A stretch of 64,000 nt of DNA from Amphiscolops sp. MND2022 (GCA_964187785.1 OZ076409.1:8062001-8126000), one strand, 5' to 3'; positions 23,701 through 38,700 are shown, counted from the first letter of the stretch. Notes: generated by a model not told the origin, from the letters alone. Numbers and translations: made by a program.

Positions 23701-26700
23701 GTTCACGTGAGTGTGAATTACACTAATAAAGGACGTGAAACCTCTTGTACTGTATGTTTGTTTTGTTTCATTAGCTTTGCGGTTTTAATAGCTTTGCTCC
23801 GGCTCTTCTCATTTATGGAAGTGTATGATTTTAATCGTTCAATGGGAAACCCACAAATGAATCATTCTCGACTTTCAATTGGAACTGTTTAGATCACAAC
23901 ACTTGGTTTCGAACAAAAATTTCCTGTAGATCTTCTTCGTAATCTGTTTTAAACGTTTCCTATGCAATTCTTTTTCGACACCTAACTGCTTTCAACTGTT
24001 TGGAATGTTTCCCTGAGACTTTTTAAATTTGTAATCACAAGAACTTAATGGATCCCTTTACTCATTATATCAAAAAAAATTCTCCTGAAAATATTCGTAC
24101 CGCGCGCTTTAGCTGCGTAAATCTTTTGTACCGAAATAAATTTTTGTCATTTTAAAATTTCAACAGTTTTGTTGGAACACCTGAAAAAAATTAGGCTTCG
24201 AGTATAGTTTTTGAAGTTGAAACGAGCATTGTTGAATACATTCGTCGGCTTTGAATTCAGTTTTTTCATTTCAATATCGGTCCGGTACTCGTAGTCGAAA
24301 TCCGAACCATTAGTCGGGCGCCAAAAAGTTTTTAAAATGGTATGTAATTAGATTTCCTGGTCTCGCTGATTGCAGAAATCCACAGATTATTGAAATTTGC
24401 TTTGCATTTTCAAAAGTATGTCTCCAAGACGAACTCGTTGAGGGCCAGCTACCTGATCGAGATGCCAGTCATTCACAATGTGTTCATCATTTGCAACATT
24501 TTTTGGAAGATTCAAGCGAGTTGCTTGGAAGTATGGGGTTTCAAAAACATACAGAAAACAACCCTAGTCGTCCAACAACGATGTCTGTTTCTTGTGTGCA
24601 ACAAAACAGAGATCTGATGGCTCTCTGTAGTTTTCGTTGACTTGCTGCTCTGACAAATTGTTCACCAGACGAATGCCAAAAGTGTCTAAGACAAACTTCT
24701 AAGCCACTGAACGATGTTGTTCTGAGTGATGTCAAGAATACAGCGTTTGGATTACCACGGTATCGAGGCCATTGAGCGGATGCCAAACTGTTTCATTAGT
24801 GCTCAGACTATGCTATTCAAGGATGGAAAACCTCTTAGTCTGATAATGGGACCAGCGCTATTCTGAATTTACTTTCAGGTAATACACTGGCAAATCATGG
24901 GGAAACCCAATCCAAAAACTCTTACCATTCTCATCTTCAGAACAATATCAACACCTGCATTGCCAGAACGTTTCTGATAATAACACAGGTTTCAACAAGT
25001 TAACACCAAAACCTCATGAGTTCCATGTCCATGAGAGAAACTATCTTAAAATAGAGGGTATAAAAAAGCTCACGACACTAATAGGATTACAGATGTGCGC
25101 TGACCAATTGTCTGTTCAGAATTTGTTGCCGAAACAGGACTCGTTCCTATGCAATTTGTCCTTCAAATGTTGGACAGGATATTCAAATGCAAAAACACGA
25201 ATTGTAAAAAGCCATTGAGTTATGTTCAACCAGTCTGGTTACCAGTCTTCATTCACAATGTCGTTTTTTAACTGAAGCCACATTAAAGACCGACAACATT
25301 GAAGGTTTGTGTATTGCTACATGTAGTTTTCAAAAGGGTCCGATAAATTTTTTGTACATCCTCCAACAAACTCGACAGGAAGATTTTATTTAAAGTCCTC
25401 AGACTGTCTCGAGCGAGCCACTATCAGTTATAACTGTAATAAACCGGATAAACCAAGCCTTTCAACAAACACGTTTTCCATGGGTGTTGCTTCTTTTCTG
25501 GTAGCAGTTCAACTACTATTGCATGCAAGAAAATGAGATGATGCCTTCGATGAGGGTGTGGTCAGCGAAGCACTTTGCGTTAGTGATATCAATGAACAAC
25601 GGGTATCAAGCCCACTTTTCAACACATGGTTCAAAATAGAACTGTCTCAACAGTTTTCGACAGTAATACTTTGATTATATGACAGTCTTTAAATGTAGGA
25701 ATGTCTAGAGAATACAACCTCTTCTGTTCCCGTAGAAGTAGTTCTAACATTGAAAAAGAACACCGCCAGAAGGGGTCATTACTAAAAACTTGTTTTACTA
25801 ATCTATAGAAAGATTATGGCTGTGATCCCCTGATTTTGCTGCCAAATTTTTCATCCCTGATGCTTTTTTTCCCGACCAAATCTCTTCGAGTGATGGAAAC
25901 TATGTTTGTGAATTTGATCCGTTACATGCAAAGAAGGAACCACAGTCAAAATCGTAGTGAGGTATGGAAGTCGTTATGGCCGCTGGTGGCTGTATTTCGG
26001 TTGTGGCACCTCGCCTTCGAAAGTCAATCTTGATAATGTCAAGCCTTTGACACATTCCGATTCAAGTTGCATAAGTTGCCATCACAAGCGTGTCGATTCA
26101 GTTTATACGAAAAATATCAAAATTTAGAGTATTTGGGAAGCTGGTAACAGTTAGTATGTGACAATCATCATGTGTCTCTAACTCCCCGTAGGAAGAAATT
26201 AAACACTGATACCTCATTTAAGTCAAATTGTCAACAAAAAGTTGCAGGGAAATGTTATTCAGACAATTTTTGATCTTGAAATTGTCGCAATCTCTTCAGA
26301 AACAACCTACTTCATAACAATCGCATGCTAGTAGAAGGCCCTACAACGCCTAATAGCGTGTGCACTGCCTTCATGTACAAATGATGATTGCGGTGATGAT
26401 AAATTAGTACCAGAACACGAACCAGGAGATGATACTTTTGCTTCATACGTTTGCAAGAGACTCAGGTACCGTGGAATGCGCGAACATGTCGGGTACATAT
26501 TCCGGTGATATTGCATAGGGAAAAGTCAATGTGGACCAAGCAATACTTCACATGTCATGTTGAACACCGATTGCGATGTGCTAGGAAGAAGCCCTTTCAG
26601 AAATGATCGTCCCAAAACAATCTCACGTTTCTCAAAAATAGTTTGTCGCTTCTTCACTATGAGATTCAAAACCCTTTGTTTACCGCAACGGAGCTCTAAT

Positions 26701-29700
26701 TCCCGCACACTTTCATCATGAACAACCTGACAGACCAATGACAGGTGCTGTTCCTGCCCCCTTTTTAAACCTCAGACAGAGCAAAGCGTTCAATCTTGCA
26801 AACATTGAGGATCAAGCACGAACAGCCAAATCCATATTTACTACAGACAATTGATGGGAGCAGCATTGAGATTGCGTTTGACGCTGTTTGGAATAGTTGT
26901 TCGGTCTTTTCGGACACTCTATAAGTTTTGAGTCGTGGGTTTGAAGAGGTGTCGTCGAACACATCTAAATCAATTAGGCCAAAGGACCCTACTTGGAGGC
27001 TATTAGGTTATCAAAATGATAAAACCGACTCCAGAGTCCGTGACGATAAAACTGCTGCCCTTTTGTCTGTAGAACCTGGGAACCTGCAACGTTTTTCCCT
27101 ACTCTAACTTGTAACCAGAAAGATCACTTTGAGGTAGCACCTATCTTCGAACCATTAGAGAAACGTTTGAACAGGTACCATATCGAAAAGTTGGAAGGGG
27201 GTGTTCAAGCTGAAATGGTACTCCTAACAAGAGCTTGTTACAGGTCTCACAAGCGCTGTTAAAATGGATTGACAAGTCACTTGAAAAAACTTGTGGAAAT
27301 GTTGAAAAACTGTGATACCATTACGAATTCATGTCAACAAAAGGATATTTCCCACATACCTATGCTGTATTCTCGGACAAAAGAATCAAAACAAGAGTTT
27401 TAGTTCAAAGTATCCTGCTCCGGTCCTCAACCAGGTTTGAACAATGTTATTGGAAGTCAGCGAAATCCCAGATATTCGGAGTGACACAATGATCATTTAG
27501 ACTCATTCGTGTGAAAAGACAAATGACAGTTGCCATTAAAATGTGGGAAACAATGGATCGACTCCTTGCAGAAATCCTAGCGATCCCCTTTCAAACTTAT
27601 ATTCGCGGAGGAAAATTCGGTCCTGTCATTCTGATGAAGTGTTACAGAAACTTGTTTACTTCGACTTACCTGTCCCTTCGCTAAAAAGAGGGAAATTGTT
27701 TGGATGAGTCCCATCTCTTTCAGGTAAATATGAGTGCATCGCTTTGAGTGACGCTAGTTTCACCGTTCAACATTCTTTTGTTCCTCTTTCTGAGTCGTCT
27801 CAGAGTCTCCAGCTGTGTAATGAATATTTGTTAGCGATAGACTTAGCGCGGTACGCAGCAGGTATTCAAGAACGTGCTGATGCTCGTGTAGACGCTGTGT
27901 CTTCAAACAAATTGAACTCCAATGTAGTGGCTTGAGAAACGTCAAACTTGCCGGTTGTAAACGCAACGAAATAAACTGACACAGAAAGTTAGTCCAATTT
28001 ATTCCGCTTGTCGAAATTGTTTGGTGATTGTTAGACTTCAAGTATGTCCTCAGCACAATTTTTTGCACCTCTCATTATCTGAAAAAACGCAATGCGGAGC
28101 CTACATCAAAAGCCATTGAACTTTGTCCAATCCCTCGATGACTTTTCTTTCTTCATCCAAAAAACTTTCACATAACCGTGGTGCATTCAACTTACTCAAT
28201 CACAATTGTTGCTACTTGGAGATTCCGTGTTAAGCGAGTAACAGAATTGCAAAAAGTCAACTTTCAGCACTAGATCTTCAGCTCTACTATGTGTTAATAA
28301 ACCAGTCCCTTTTTTCAAATGGTTCCGTTGCATTGGAGTCAAACGTCCCGAGACGAAACGAATGAACTTTGGAAGGATGTAAACTCATCGCAGTGGGTGG
28401 ATGTTTTTGGCTTTCTGGTTTTTTGAAACGATGTTATCTTGAAGACATACAAAAACTCAGAGCTGAAAGTCACAACTTGCACAAACACACAACAGGTTTA
28501 TTCTTGCAAAACTATAGGGAGGAACTGAAAACAGTAGACGTTATTCAAGTACACGTTGTCACAACTAATATTGTCCCTTTGAAATTCTGGTCCATCATGA
28601 TATCCCGTAAGGACATTTCGAGACAGAAATTGATCTTTCCATCACCAAAGTATGTTGGAATTTCTCACACAGATTGTTAAAATGGAAAATGAAAACTCGT
28701 ACTCAAAAAAGACAATTCGCTATGGTAAAATACTATGTGCTCAATGAACTCAACTAACTGCCTAGGGCAAGTTGCTCTCTTGATTGCCATTTGGCATCCA
28801 GTTTCATTGTGTTTTGGAATCTGGTCACAAGAAGTTCAAGGCAGTGAAGCCCTACCATCGGCGCCGCCTCGCGAATTTTCGAAAACACAGAAATTGACTT
28901 CATCTTTACTCAAACTGAGAAACGAGAAAAGTTTGTCAAGGGGTGTTTAATAAATACTGCAGTAACACCTTTACGGATAGATCAAGCAGACTTTGTCGAT
29001 GCTGGTCGTGAAAACTCTTTCATTCACACTTTTTCATTCCATCGATCTAGTAGCCAGTCTAATACATCTTACGCTCTTCCACAACAAGTGTTCTAAACTT
29101 GTCTGTAAAAGTTAGATAAATACTTTCAAACAACTGATGACTTTTAAATTATCAATCTTTTTCGGGAGGCCCAGTATATGTCAAATAAATCGCCTGTACT
29201 ATGATGTTTTCTATCAAGAGCAGTAGCTGATAGTCTGAACTGTGCAATCACATGCTTCAGTGGCAACGGGTACAGCAGCTAGGCGGGGAACATGTTCACA
29301 AAATGTTTGAATTCCGTGTTCACTGAAATCGAGAACCCGGGATCATCGCAAGTAAGTGTATTAAAGCTCTTGGAATGGATGTAACACTCTTCACTGAAGT
29401 AGGACTCCTGGACAGTGTGTTCATTGACGTGGTAAGCCAACTCAATTTCGAAAAAACTAAACGCACTGGAAATAGTTCCAGACAATGTGGGAAGTTCTCT
29501 ACTAAAGACAGGCGATCCAAAGCAATTGCTTCCCCTGACGGCTCCCTGATTTGGAATTCACCAGAACTACTTACAAGGTATGACGTTCACTATTTCATTC
29601 TCTACATCCGAGCAGTTATCTGCACAACTAGACGGGAAAGAAGCCATTCCCACTAAAGTCGCTAATCTCGTGAAAGGAAAAATTTCGAATTGTGCAATAA

Positions 29701-32700
29701 AAACTCTATGCAGACGACGACTTTGTCATGCAAGTTTTTAGTACCCGAGATGCTGAAAAGGAAGCAGCTACCAAAGATTTCGAGAAAACTGTCGGAGACC
29801 AATCAGTTCCGTGTTCAATTTTCCAGCGACAGGGGATGAAACGGTGTCTCGACGGAATCTTCCTTTTGGCTGCCTGCTTCCGATAAAAACTCAAAATTCA
29901 TTCGATGCCTTTCAATTGTACCCAACTGTATATAGGTGCTCGTTTGAGATTTACAGCAAAACTTTGGAACACCGAAGCGACACAAGACAGTTATGTCTTG
30001 TCTGGGATTTCACAGAAGAATCAGCCACTGCCATTGAAAATTGGATTGCATCTCCGGGACGTCGCAGAGTAACTCTCTCCAGTGAAGCCTTGTTGGTGTA
30101 TTTTCATCTAAAATCTGCGGGACAGACTTTTTTGTGATCCAACTGCTCGAATTGCACCCAAGTTTGTCCTAATGTTGTCGAACTAGCTTGGTCTTTCCTC
30201 TGGTCAGCAGAAACATTGCACGCGTTTGCTTCATTGGAGAAGCAACTGGAATCCGTCGTGAATTTAAAATATTCAATTAAGGCGATGGCGCACTTAAAAC
30301 ATGGCCAATAGAAAGGAGACCGTGGTCTGGGCTTACCTTTGTCACTGGTTTGTTTTAATCGTTGAGGAAATACCGAGCATCTACTCTTGGTCAAACCGTC
30401 GGAAATGCAGCAAAGCAGCAATGTACACGATGTTAAATGGTTCGCTCAAACATTTGAGATGATAAGTCAACAACTGAATTCACAGATAATTCAAATGGGA
30501 GCGTCTAACAATCATACAGGTGATAAAGCATGTCAGATTGCCCCATTGACGCAGTAACCCGGGGTAGGCTTCATATAAAACACAAAAACATCCTTTGGTT
30601 CATTTTTTGAATTCAAACGTTTTGTTGAGCAGTTCTGCAGCACTTTTCTATTGCCAATTGATCTAGCTTTCCCTGCGTTGTAAAGGTGTAGTGAATAAGC
30701 TGTCATTACTAAAATTTGACAATAAAAACCTTTAGTAAGAGTGAAAAGAAACGATGTTTTATGTTTATGAAGGAGTTCAATTGTTACAAAATGAAAGTTT
30801 TTCTCGAAAACTAAAAAACAGAGACTTTGAGAGATTAGAGGAGATTAGAGAGAACGAGAGATAGATAGAGAGAGAGAGGAAGACAGAAAGACAGCGAGCG
30901 AGTGAGAGAATGAGAAAATATCATAATTGAAAAAGTAGTAAAACGTGAGCTAATTATGGCATTTTTTTAAAAGTTGAAGACTTGGTAATTTTTTTGTTTA
31001 GTATTTCTTTCCTTGCATCTTGCATTGATCAAGATAATAATTTTTTGTTAGATCAAATGTAAAGTTGGTTTCTTATTCGTTTCAGATTTCTGATGCAGAC
31101 TTTAATAGATCAGTTCCATCATGCCCGTAATCAACGGATCTTTCATGCGGAGACGCGAACAGGATGAATACCAAATTCCAATCAATTGATAGATACATGT
31201 AGATAGATACAATAGATACATGTATTAGTGATGTACTAGAGACGACTGGATAGAAAATATTTGATATGTAGAGTGCTTCAAGTGAAAGAGTGTATGTAAG
31301 AGGTATCGTATTCCGAGCTGACAGTTGGCCAGAAACCAAAACAAGAAACGAACTGTTTCAGATTTAAACTGTTTAAACGATACGAATCAATTGGGGGCAC
31401 GTGTTATATATTCTCAATCAGAAGGCTTGGAGTTGCTGTGGTTTTGCAACGAATTGACGCCAGCAACTGCTTGTGCTATCATTCGTGTGATTTTTGAAAA
31501 CAAAGACAAGGGCTGCGTGGAAATGACAACACTTATTGCTACAACTGAACCATTGGTTCCACTCAAATTTAAAACCGACAATGTTGTGAGTTAGCCTCGA
31601 ATTGTTCCTTTGCCACACGTCTTCCTTTTTTACAATAAGTGCAATGTTTCAACTCCAAATATCATTGTATCAGTCTACTTTGTGACGGTCTTGAGATAGG
31701 TGTATTGAAACACCAATTGAGTTCTGACGGCAGAAATTAGAAATGACCAACTTCATCACCCAGCCAAAGTTTTGACCGAAACATTTGATTGACATCTTTG
31801 CTTTGAAATGTAGAAATGCTGAACCGGACAAAAAAAGTTTGATTTTCTCGATCTGCCTGATTGTGTAGATCAAAATGTCAGTAAATTCATTTCTGAAAGT
31901 GGATGGTCACTTTATGGATGCGTCATATATACAGAGTGTGCACCTGGAGCAACAAACTACGATTTTGAACTTTACGCTGTCTATTTTGTAAAATTCCTGC
32001 GAAATTAGAGCGGGTGAATTTTAATTTGAAATGAGTTCAAAATGTAAAAATTGGAGTTTGTCGAGTCGAGTTTATTAAACTATGAAGTTTGTATTTTACT
32101 TAAAATGAAAAAGACGAGATAATAGAAATCAAACATGACAACTACTCTTCTACTAAAGAGTCACTCAAATTGTTGCCCAGTTTAACTACTTTTTCTCAAA
32201 CGTTACGCTTTTCCAGAAGCCTACAAACGTCCTCAAAGAGGCTTGCCTCATATCTAACCCCGGAAATTTCTAACGTTGTCAGCTGCAACAGCTATACCAA
32301 CTTCAACTGCAGTATCCTCAACAGTCAATGTAAACAACAGTTTTATGAAAGGAAAGACAATTCAAAAACTTACTCAATCAAATGAATGGGAACCGTTTAA
32401 ATTCTGAGATTTGACTCAGGGATTTCATCAAAATCATGAACAGTCAAAAACTTGACAGATTTAGTTTGGTTAAATAGATGTTACGTCCCTTAGTTGTAGG
32501 TTGTTTGTATAGCTTATCATAGCAAAATAATTCGACACATTTTAATTTTAAATTATCTCGAAAGTTGTAAGTAATGTTGTGGAAATAACAATTTTTTTCA
32601 AAAGACGTTTTAGATAATGTTTTTACACAACAAGAAAAAGTTTCGTATTTCAAGCTGACAATTCGCCGAAAACAGAAACAAGAATCGAATTTCAACAGAT

Positions 32701-35700
32701 TCATACTGTTAGAAGTGTCGGGCACGAATGAAGTCCTGCCACGTTTTACAAATTCCCAAGTAAAAAGCGCGAAGTTAATGTGTTTCAACTCCTTATAGCA
32801 TTGTATTAGCTTATTTTGTGACGTTCAGCCGGAAGGGGATTGTTCATGTCGTGAGATAGGCTTAAAAAACACCACTTGGGTTCTGACGGCAGAAATATAG
32901 AATGACCAACTTCATCATCCAGCAGAAATTTTGACCGGAAAAATTCCTTAACATTTTTGCTTTGAAATGTAAAAATGCTGAACCGGACTAAAGAAAATTT
33001 GATTATCCCGTTGTGCCCGATTGCGAGGATCAAAATGTCAGTGAAATCAAATCTGAAAGTGCATGGGCACTTTATGGTTTCGTCGAACCAAGAGAGTCGG
33101 CGCCTGGAGCAACACACTACGACTTTGAACTTCACGCTGTCACTCTTGTCCCAAAATGCCTGCAGAAACTAGAGCAGGTGTATTGTACTTTGAAATGATA
33201 TTAAAAAGGTTGCAATAGTTAGATTTTGTTGAGTCGAGTTTACCACACTTCGAAGTTTTGAAAATACTTGACAATGAAAAATACGCTATAACAAAAATCA
33301 AACATGATAACTACTCCTTTTAAACAGTCACTCAATTTGTTTTCCAATTTAACTACTTTTTGTCAAACGTTACGCTTTTCCAGATGCCTATAAACGTCCT
33401 CAAAAAGCCTTGCCTAAACAACTAACCCAGGAAATATCAATCGTTGTTAGCTGCAACAACACACCAACTTCAACGGCAGCATCCTCAACAGTTAATGAAA
33501 AAACACTTTTTAGGAAAAGAAAGAAAAATCAATAACTTACAGAATCAAATGAATCGAAACCTTTTGAATTCTGAGATTTGATTTACTTTCAAGTGTTTGA
33601 ATCTTTAACTAATGGAATTCATCAAATCATTAACAGTCAAACATTTGGCAGATTTAGTTATGTTAAGTAGATGTTACGTCCAGTATTAAATGAACCGGGT
33701 TTATAAAGCTTATCACTGCAAAATAATTCGACTCACTTCAATTTAAACGTTTACCAAAAGCTATGTTTAATGTTTCTTTAATGGTAATTTTTTCAGTACG
33801 TGTTTCAAATAAATTTTGAACACAACAACAAAAGAAAGTCATGATTTTGGATTTACCACGTTGATCTTTTTTTACGAGAAAGCAATAAAACTAATATAAA
33901 TATTTGTGAAAGAAACGACATCATTTATCATTTTTCAATTTCGACCATTTTTCGGCATATAATATAATAAATGGTGTTTTCGTTCTTTAAAGAATTACAT
34001 GTGTACCGACCGACGTCCCCTACCTTATATCAATGTCCACCGTCTGCCAGCATGCCTTTCGACGACGTATCACAAATACCTCTAACCTACACTCACGCTC
34101 CCCGCTAGTAACAAGCTAAAGTCGTAAAAAGGGCCCTATTCTCAAGCGGCAGCGAGGGTTGTGGTATATTCACGTATTCTGTGAACTATATTTAGTCTAA
34201 CTACTCTGACGACGTTGAAGTTCATGATCTTGAAGAGTAAAACATTTGTTTTGATTGTTCATTCCTGAATAAAATAACCTTTTTTATTCAGGAATGAACA
34301 ATCAAAACAAATGTTTTACTCTCAAAAAATGTTTTTCATAAAAGGATCCCCAACTCACCAATACTTTGACATATTGAAGTCCTTTTGCTATTTTTGAGCC
34401 TTAGATATGGCGCCGATTTGGGCCGGTCCCGGCTTGTTCTTGAAGAACAAGCCGGGACCGGCCCAAGTCGGCGCCATATCTAAGGCTCAAAAATAGCAAA
34501 AGGACTTCAATATGTCAAAGTATTGGTGAGTTGGGGATCCTTTTATGAAAAACATTTTTTGAGAAAAAAGTCTCACAATGCCCAAAAAACTGAAGGGGAG
34601 GAACCTTTGGGGGTTTGCAACATCCATTTTGTCGCAAAACTCAAAAAAACTTGAAGAGGGGAACCTTTGGGGAAATTTTTTCCGAAAAAAAGTCTCGCAT
34701 AGCCGAAAAAAGTGAAAGGGGGACCCTTTGGTATTGTCCGGTATCGTATGTTACGCCGGAAACGTCTTGGTTCAGTTCCCTGGGCCAACAACGGCAATTT
34801 AAAATTTTGTAGAACTTTTGGTAGAACAATTCTGGTCACTTCAGGTGTATCGAAAAAAAAACAATAAAAAAAATTTAAAAAACACTGACAAAAAGTCATA
34901 ACTATAGTCGACTCTTTTCAAGAAAAGCGCCGACTAAAAAGATTCAATCTCATTGTAGCCACGGAATTGTTTAGAAATAGCCCAATTTTCGTGCATTTGT
35001 TGCCTACGTTTTTTTAGCGTGTTGCCTATAAAAAAATATGAGTGTAGTATATACTAACGATTCCATTCCTTCGGGTGCGTCAAATTCCAGGAAGGGAATG
35101 CCTTTCATTTCGTTGTGGATATCATACAGACCGATGTTAAACAAGTCGCCCACAAATTTGGCTGTCTGCACAAAACAATCCAGGTAATTGTAGTTTCACT
35201 CAATTTCGAAAGGGTCTTTTTTCTGCATATTTCGCAACTGATATTTCGCTTTTATTACGACTGGCTGGGGTTTTGCAAGCAAATCGAGGTTTTTGAATCA
35301 GTCGGATTGTGTTAATTTCATCATATAGGTACAAAAAATTGAGAGAATTACAAAGAGCTGATTAGGAATTTTTGCAGTTTTTCCAATTTTTACCGCTTCA
35401 TACACAGTTTTTTGCCAAATTTTTTGCTCAATTAACTCCCACAAATCAACAAAATCCATGAGTGTATTTTGATTTCGAAAATGACCAACCGTTTTCGAAA
35501 AATCAGGCCCAAAAGATGTATTTTTGTCAATTTACATGAATTTCACCTGATGCACAAATCAAAATTGAAAATGAGAGTATGCTCTCATTTTCAATTTTGA
35601 TTTTGAAACAATTTTTGAAACAATTCAATTATGATTTTGAAACTGTGTATTTGCAAATACACAGTTTCAGTTGGCTCAATTGGCTGAGAAGGGGCTCATA

Positions 35701-38700
35701 GGGACATGATTTCTTAATCACAGTACTGTACATTGTATATTTTCAGTGAGTTTCAAAAGGGGCTTTTTCCTGCGTATTTCGCAATTGTTCTCTCGCATTT
35801 GTTATAACTGTAACTGGTTTTTCACCAGCAAATCAATAACTTCAAGTTTTTGCAGCAGTTGAATTTTGGTTATTCTATCAGGTAAGTGCGTGTACGAATG
35901 AAGGGTAAAGGTTTAAGGTTCACGAGTTGACCCTCTTACTAGCATCTTGGCTGTCTTGGCAAGATCTTGCCAAATTCTTAATACAGGCGTTGTTGGCGAC
36001 GGTTTTGCCATTGATAGAACAATGTAAACAGTTCACGATGTGAACTCATCCCTAAATAAACAGCAAAGGACTCCAATCAAATTTTATTCTTGCTAACGGA
36101 AAACTTTAATGTCTAACAAAATAGATCTGCAAAAAATGTTGATTTTTGTTGACTTCCTTCCAGATTTTTTTCTTTCCAAATAGGATTTTACAATAAAAGT
36201 TTTCTTGGAAACATGGCTCTCTTGATAAGATCTTACCATGACATCTTGCAATTCTTGCCAATATCTTGGCAAGATCTTAGCTAAGATTTTTCCAAGATCT
36301 TGGCAAGATCTTGCCAAGATCTTACTAAGATATCCATGGAGGGTCGACCTGGGTTGGTAACATACCAAGAGGGTGATCATGATGGGGAGACCATACGTGA
36401 TCTGATTGGTTGTTTCGATCAAGATCACAGTCAGACTGATTGTCATGCGCACCACTCCCCCCACGAAGGCCGCTGACCCTATCAGGGCGTACGAGCCAGC
36501 ATACAACGAGGTTCCGAACACTTCCCACCTAGAGAAAACATACATAACAAATCACCAACAACAGTAGCGTTCTAAAATATCGCAACCTCATTGCTTAAAA
36601 TGGCAAAATTCAAAACCAAATATCTTGTAAACTGTCATGAATACAAAAATTTGCCAGCTAAAAAAGTTTCCTAGAATTTTATCTAGTTTACAAAAATGTT
36701 TGTTTGAAATTTCTATGACCCATACTGAAATGTTTAGAAAATACAAATTTTAGAGAATTTTAATTGAAATTTGAGTTTTTTCGAAAAGTGAGTGGCTTAA
36801 TTTTTTTGGATTCTTTCTCATTCGGAGACTCCTATAATCTCACGAACCCACTGAATTGTTTTGATCGAGAAGTTGTTCCGAATCAGAAAAAATGCACTTT
36901 CCAATATCTAACTTTTGTAATTTTTGTCGCAGAAATTTCAAACAAACATTTTTGTAAACTAGATAAAATTCTAGGAAACTTTTGTAGCTGACAATTTTTT
37001 GTATTTGTGACAGTTTTAAAGATATTTGGACTTCGTAATTTTAGGCAATGGAGTTGCGATATTTTAGAGTGCTACTGTATTTAAAGGGGAATAAATACAC
37101 ATGACGAGAATGAAATTCATGAAAAGTCATAACCATAGCTGCATGTGCGGAAAAGGAGTCGGAAATGGATTGAAATATTGAAAACAAACTAACAACTTTA
37201 TTGTCATTTGGTCATTTTTGGACTAATTTTGCTATCTTTCTCAGATCCCAGTCATACTATTTTGATGTTATTGCGCACACAGGAGCACCGTTGGGTGTAG
37301 AATGACTGCGCAATATTTTATAAAAATATTATGAACAGCTTTTGAGAAATTTGAATAGTTCATCGAAAGGTCGGGAGAAAAAAGTAGAAGTGCATAAGCA
37401 GTCGAAAATTTTTTCTATCTCCCAAAAATTTTTACAGGGCCATTTTAATATGACGTTGAAGAGAATTTCGAATAATATCATTTTAATCGTTTTTTTCAAA
37501 CCACTGGTTGCTTTTGAATCTTCTCAAATAATTTTGTTTGTCTTCTTTAATTTGCAGAAGTTTTCCCATATATTTTGTTTTTTTTTTGCTTAAAAAAAGT
37601 TTTTTGGCATCAGTTGATCGTTCTGAAAAATGTATTTTTAGTCAGCGAACAAAATGAGCCCGACTATTACAGTGGCAAGTTTTTTTTCTGCTTTTCGTCA
37701 GACCACAGAATGTATGCGTAGTGGAGAATTTGTCTACAGAACTACTAAACTGGTAGCCCGGCCCACCAGAAACGCATCCAAGTTAGTGCAAAGTGTCTCC
37801 TTCACTTTTTTTCAAATTTTTTTGTCTCCAAAGGGTCCCCCTTTCAAGTTTTTTGATATTTTGCAGCAAACTGAAGTTTGAAAAAGCCTAAAGGGTCTCC
37901 CCTTTCTAGTTTTTCGGCACTATGAGACTCTTTCAATATTCTCAGTTTTCGTTTTTTTTCGAAAGTTTTTTCAGAAAACTTTACGAATTTTTTTAAATGT
38001 CTCCAACGGGTCCCCTCTTCATTTTTTTTGATATTTTGCAACAAACTGGATTTTCAAAAAGTCGAAAGGGTCCGCCTCTTATAATTTTAAAAACTTTGCG
38101 CTTTTTGAGCTGACTTTAGATGTAGCGCCGACTTTGGCCGTTCCCGGCTGGTTCTGTCTCAAGTATCGAATAGTAATGAAAGGCTGTTGGCTCTCACTTG
38201 CTCATGAAGTGTCCAAAAAGTCGACCGTAAGCGGCACCACAGAGAATGCTGGGCACGAAGAGTCCAGAGGGCACCATGATGCCATACGTCCAGCAGGCCA
38301 GAAAGAAGAAAACCACCAGGAAAATAACCAGAGTCGTTGGAGAGAACGAATCTAGGACAGTATCAAAATTAAATGTTAAAACTATACTATACAGTAGTGA
38401 TATCAAAAGCAACATAAGTAAACATCGTTAACATCGTAAACCGGCAGTGATTTTTCAATAATGCTAAAAATAAATTTCCCAGTTTTTTATCTAGTTTACA
38501 AATATATTTGTTTGAAAATTAGGCGATGAAAATTGCAAAAGATACGATTGGCCATTTTCACCAAAATTCAGATCAAAACAGGTTTTTCTCACTTTTGGTC
38601 TACTTTTGCTCAATGAGATTTGTTTATTTGCTCTCTTTCGGCGTGCTATGTTGCTTTTAATAATTTCGCTTCTTTAGGTATGACGATTTGAAGAACCATT

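Larger units (their letters stand above)
23701..34186. mobile_element. Putative large decayed DNA transposon with cargo (boundaries tentative)
   Basis: About 10.5 kb with no recognisable MITE/HINE copies, coding-like composition, an EnSpm-like transposase remnant, and imperfect terminal inverted repeats GTTCAC...GTGAAT. Confidence 0.4.

Noticed and set aside
29520..29740. LYADD with an upstream PDGSL/FILYI as a LINE RT
   Set aside because: The motifs are in different frames with wrong spacing; likely chance
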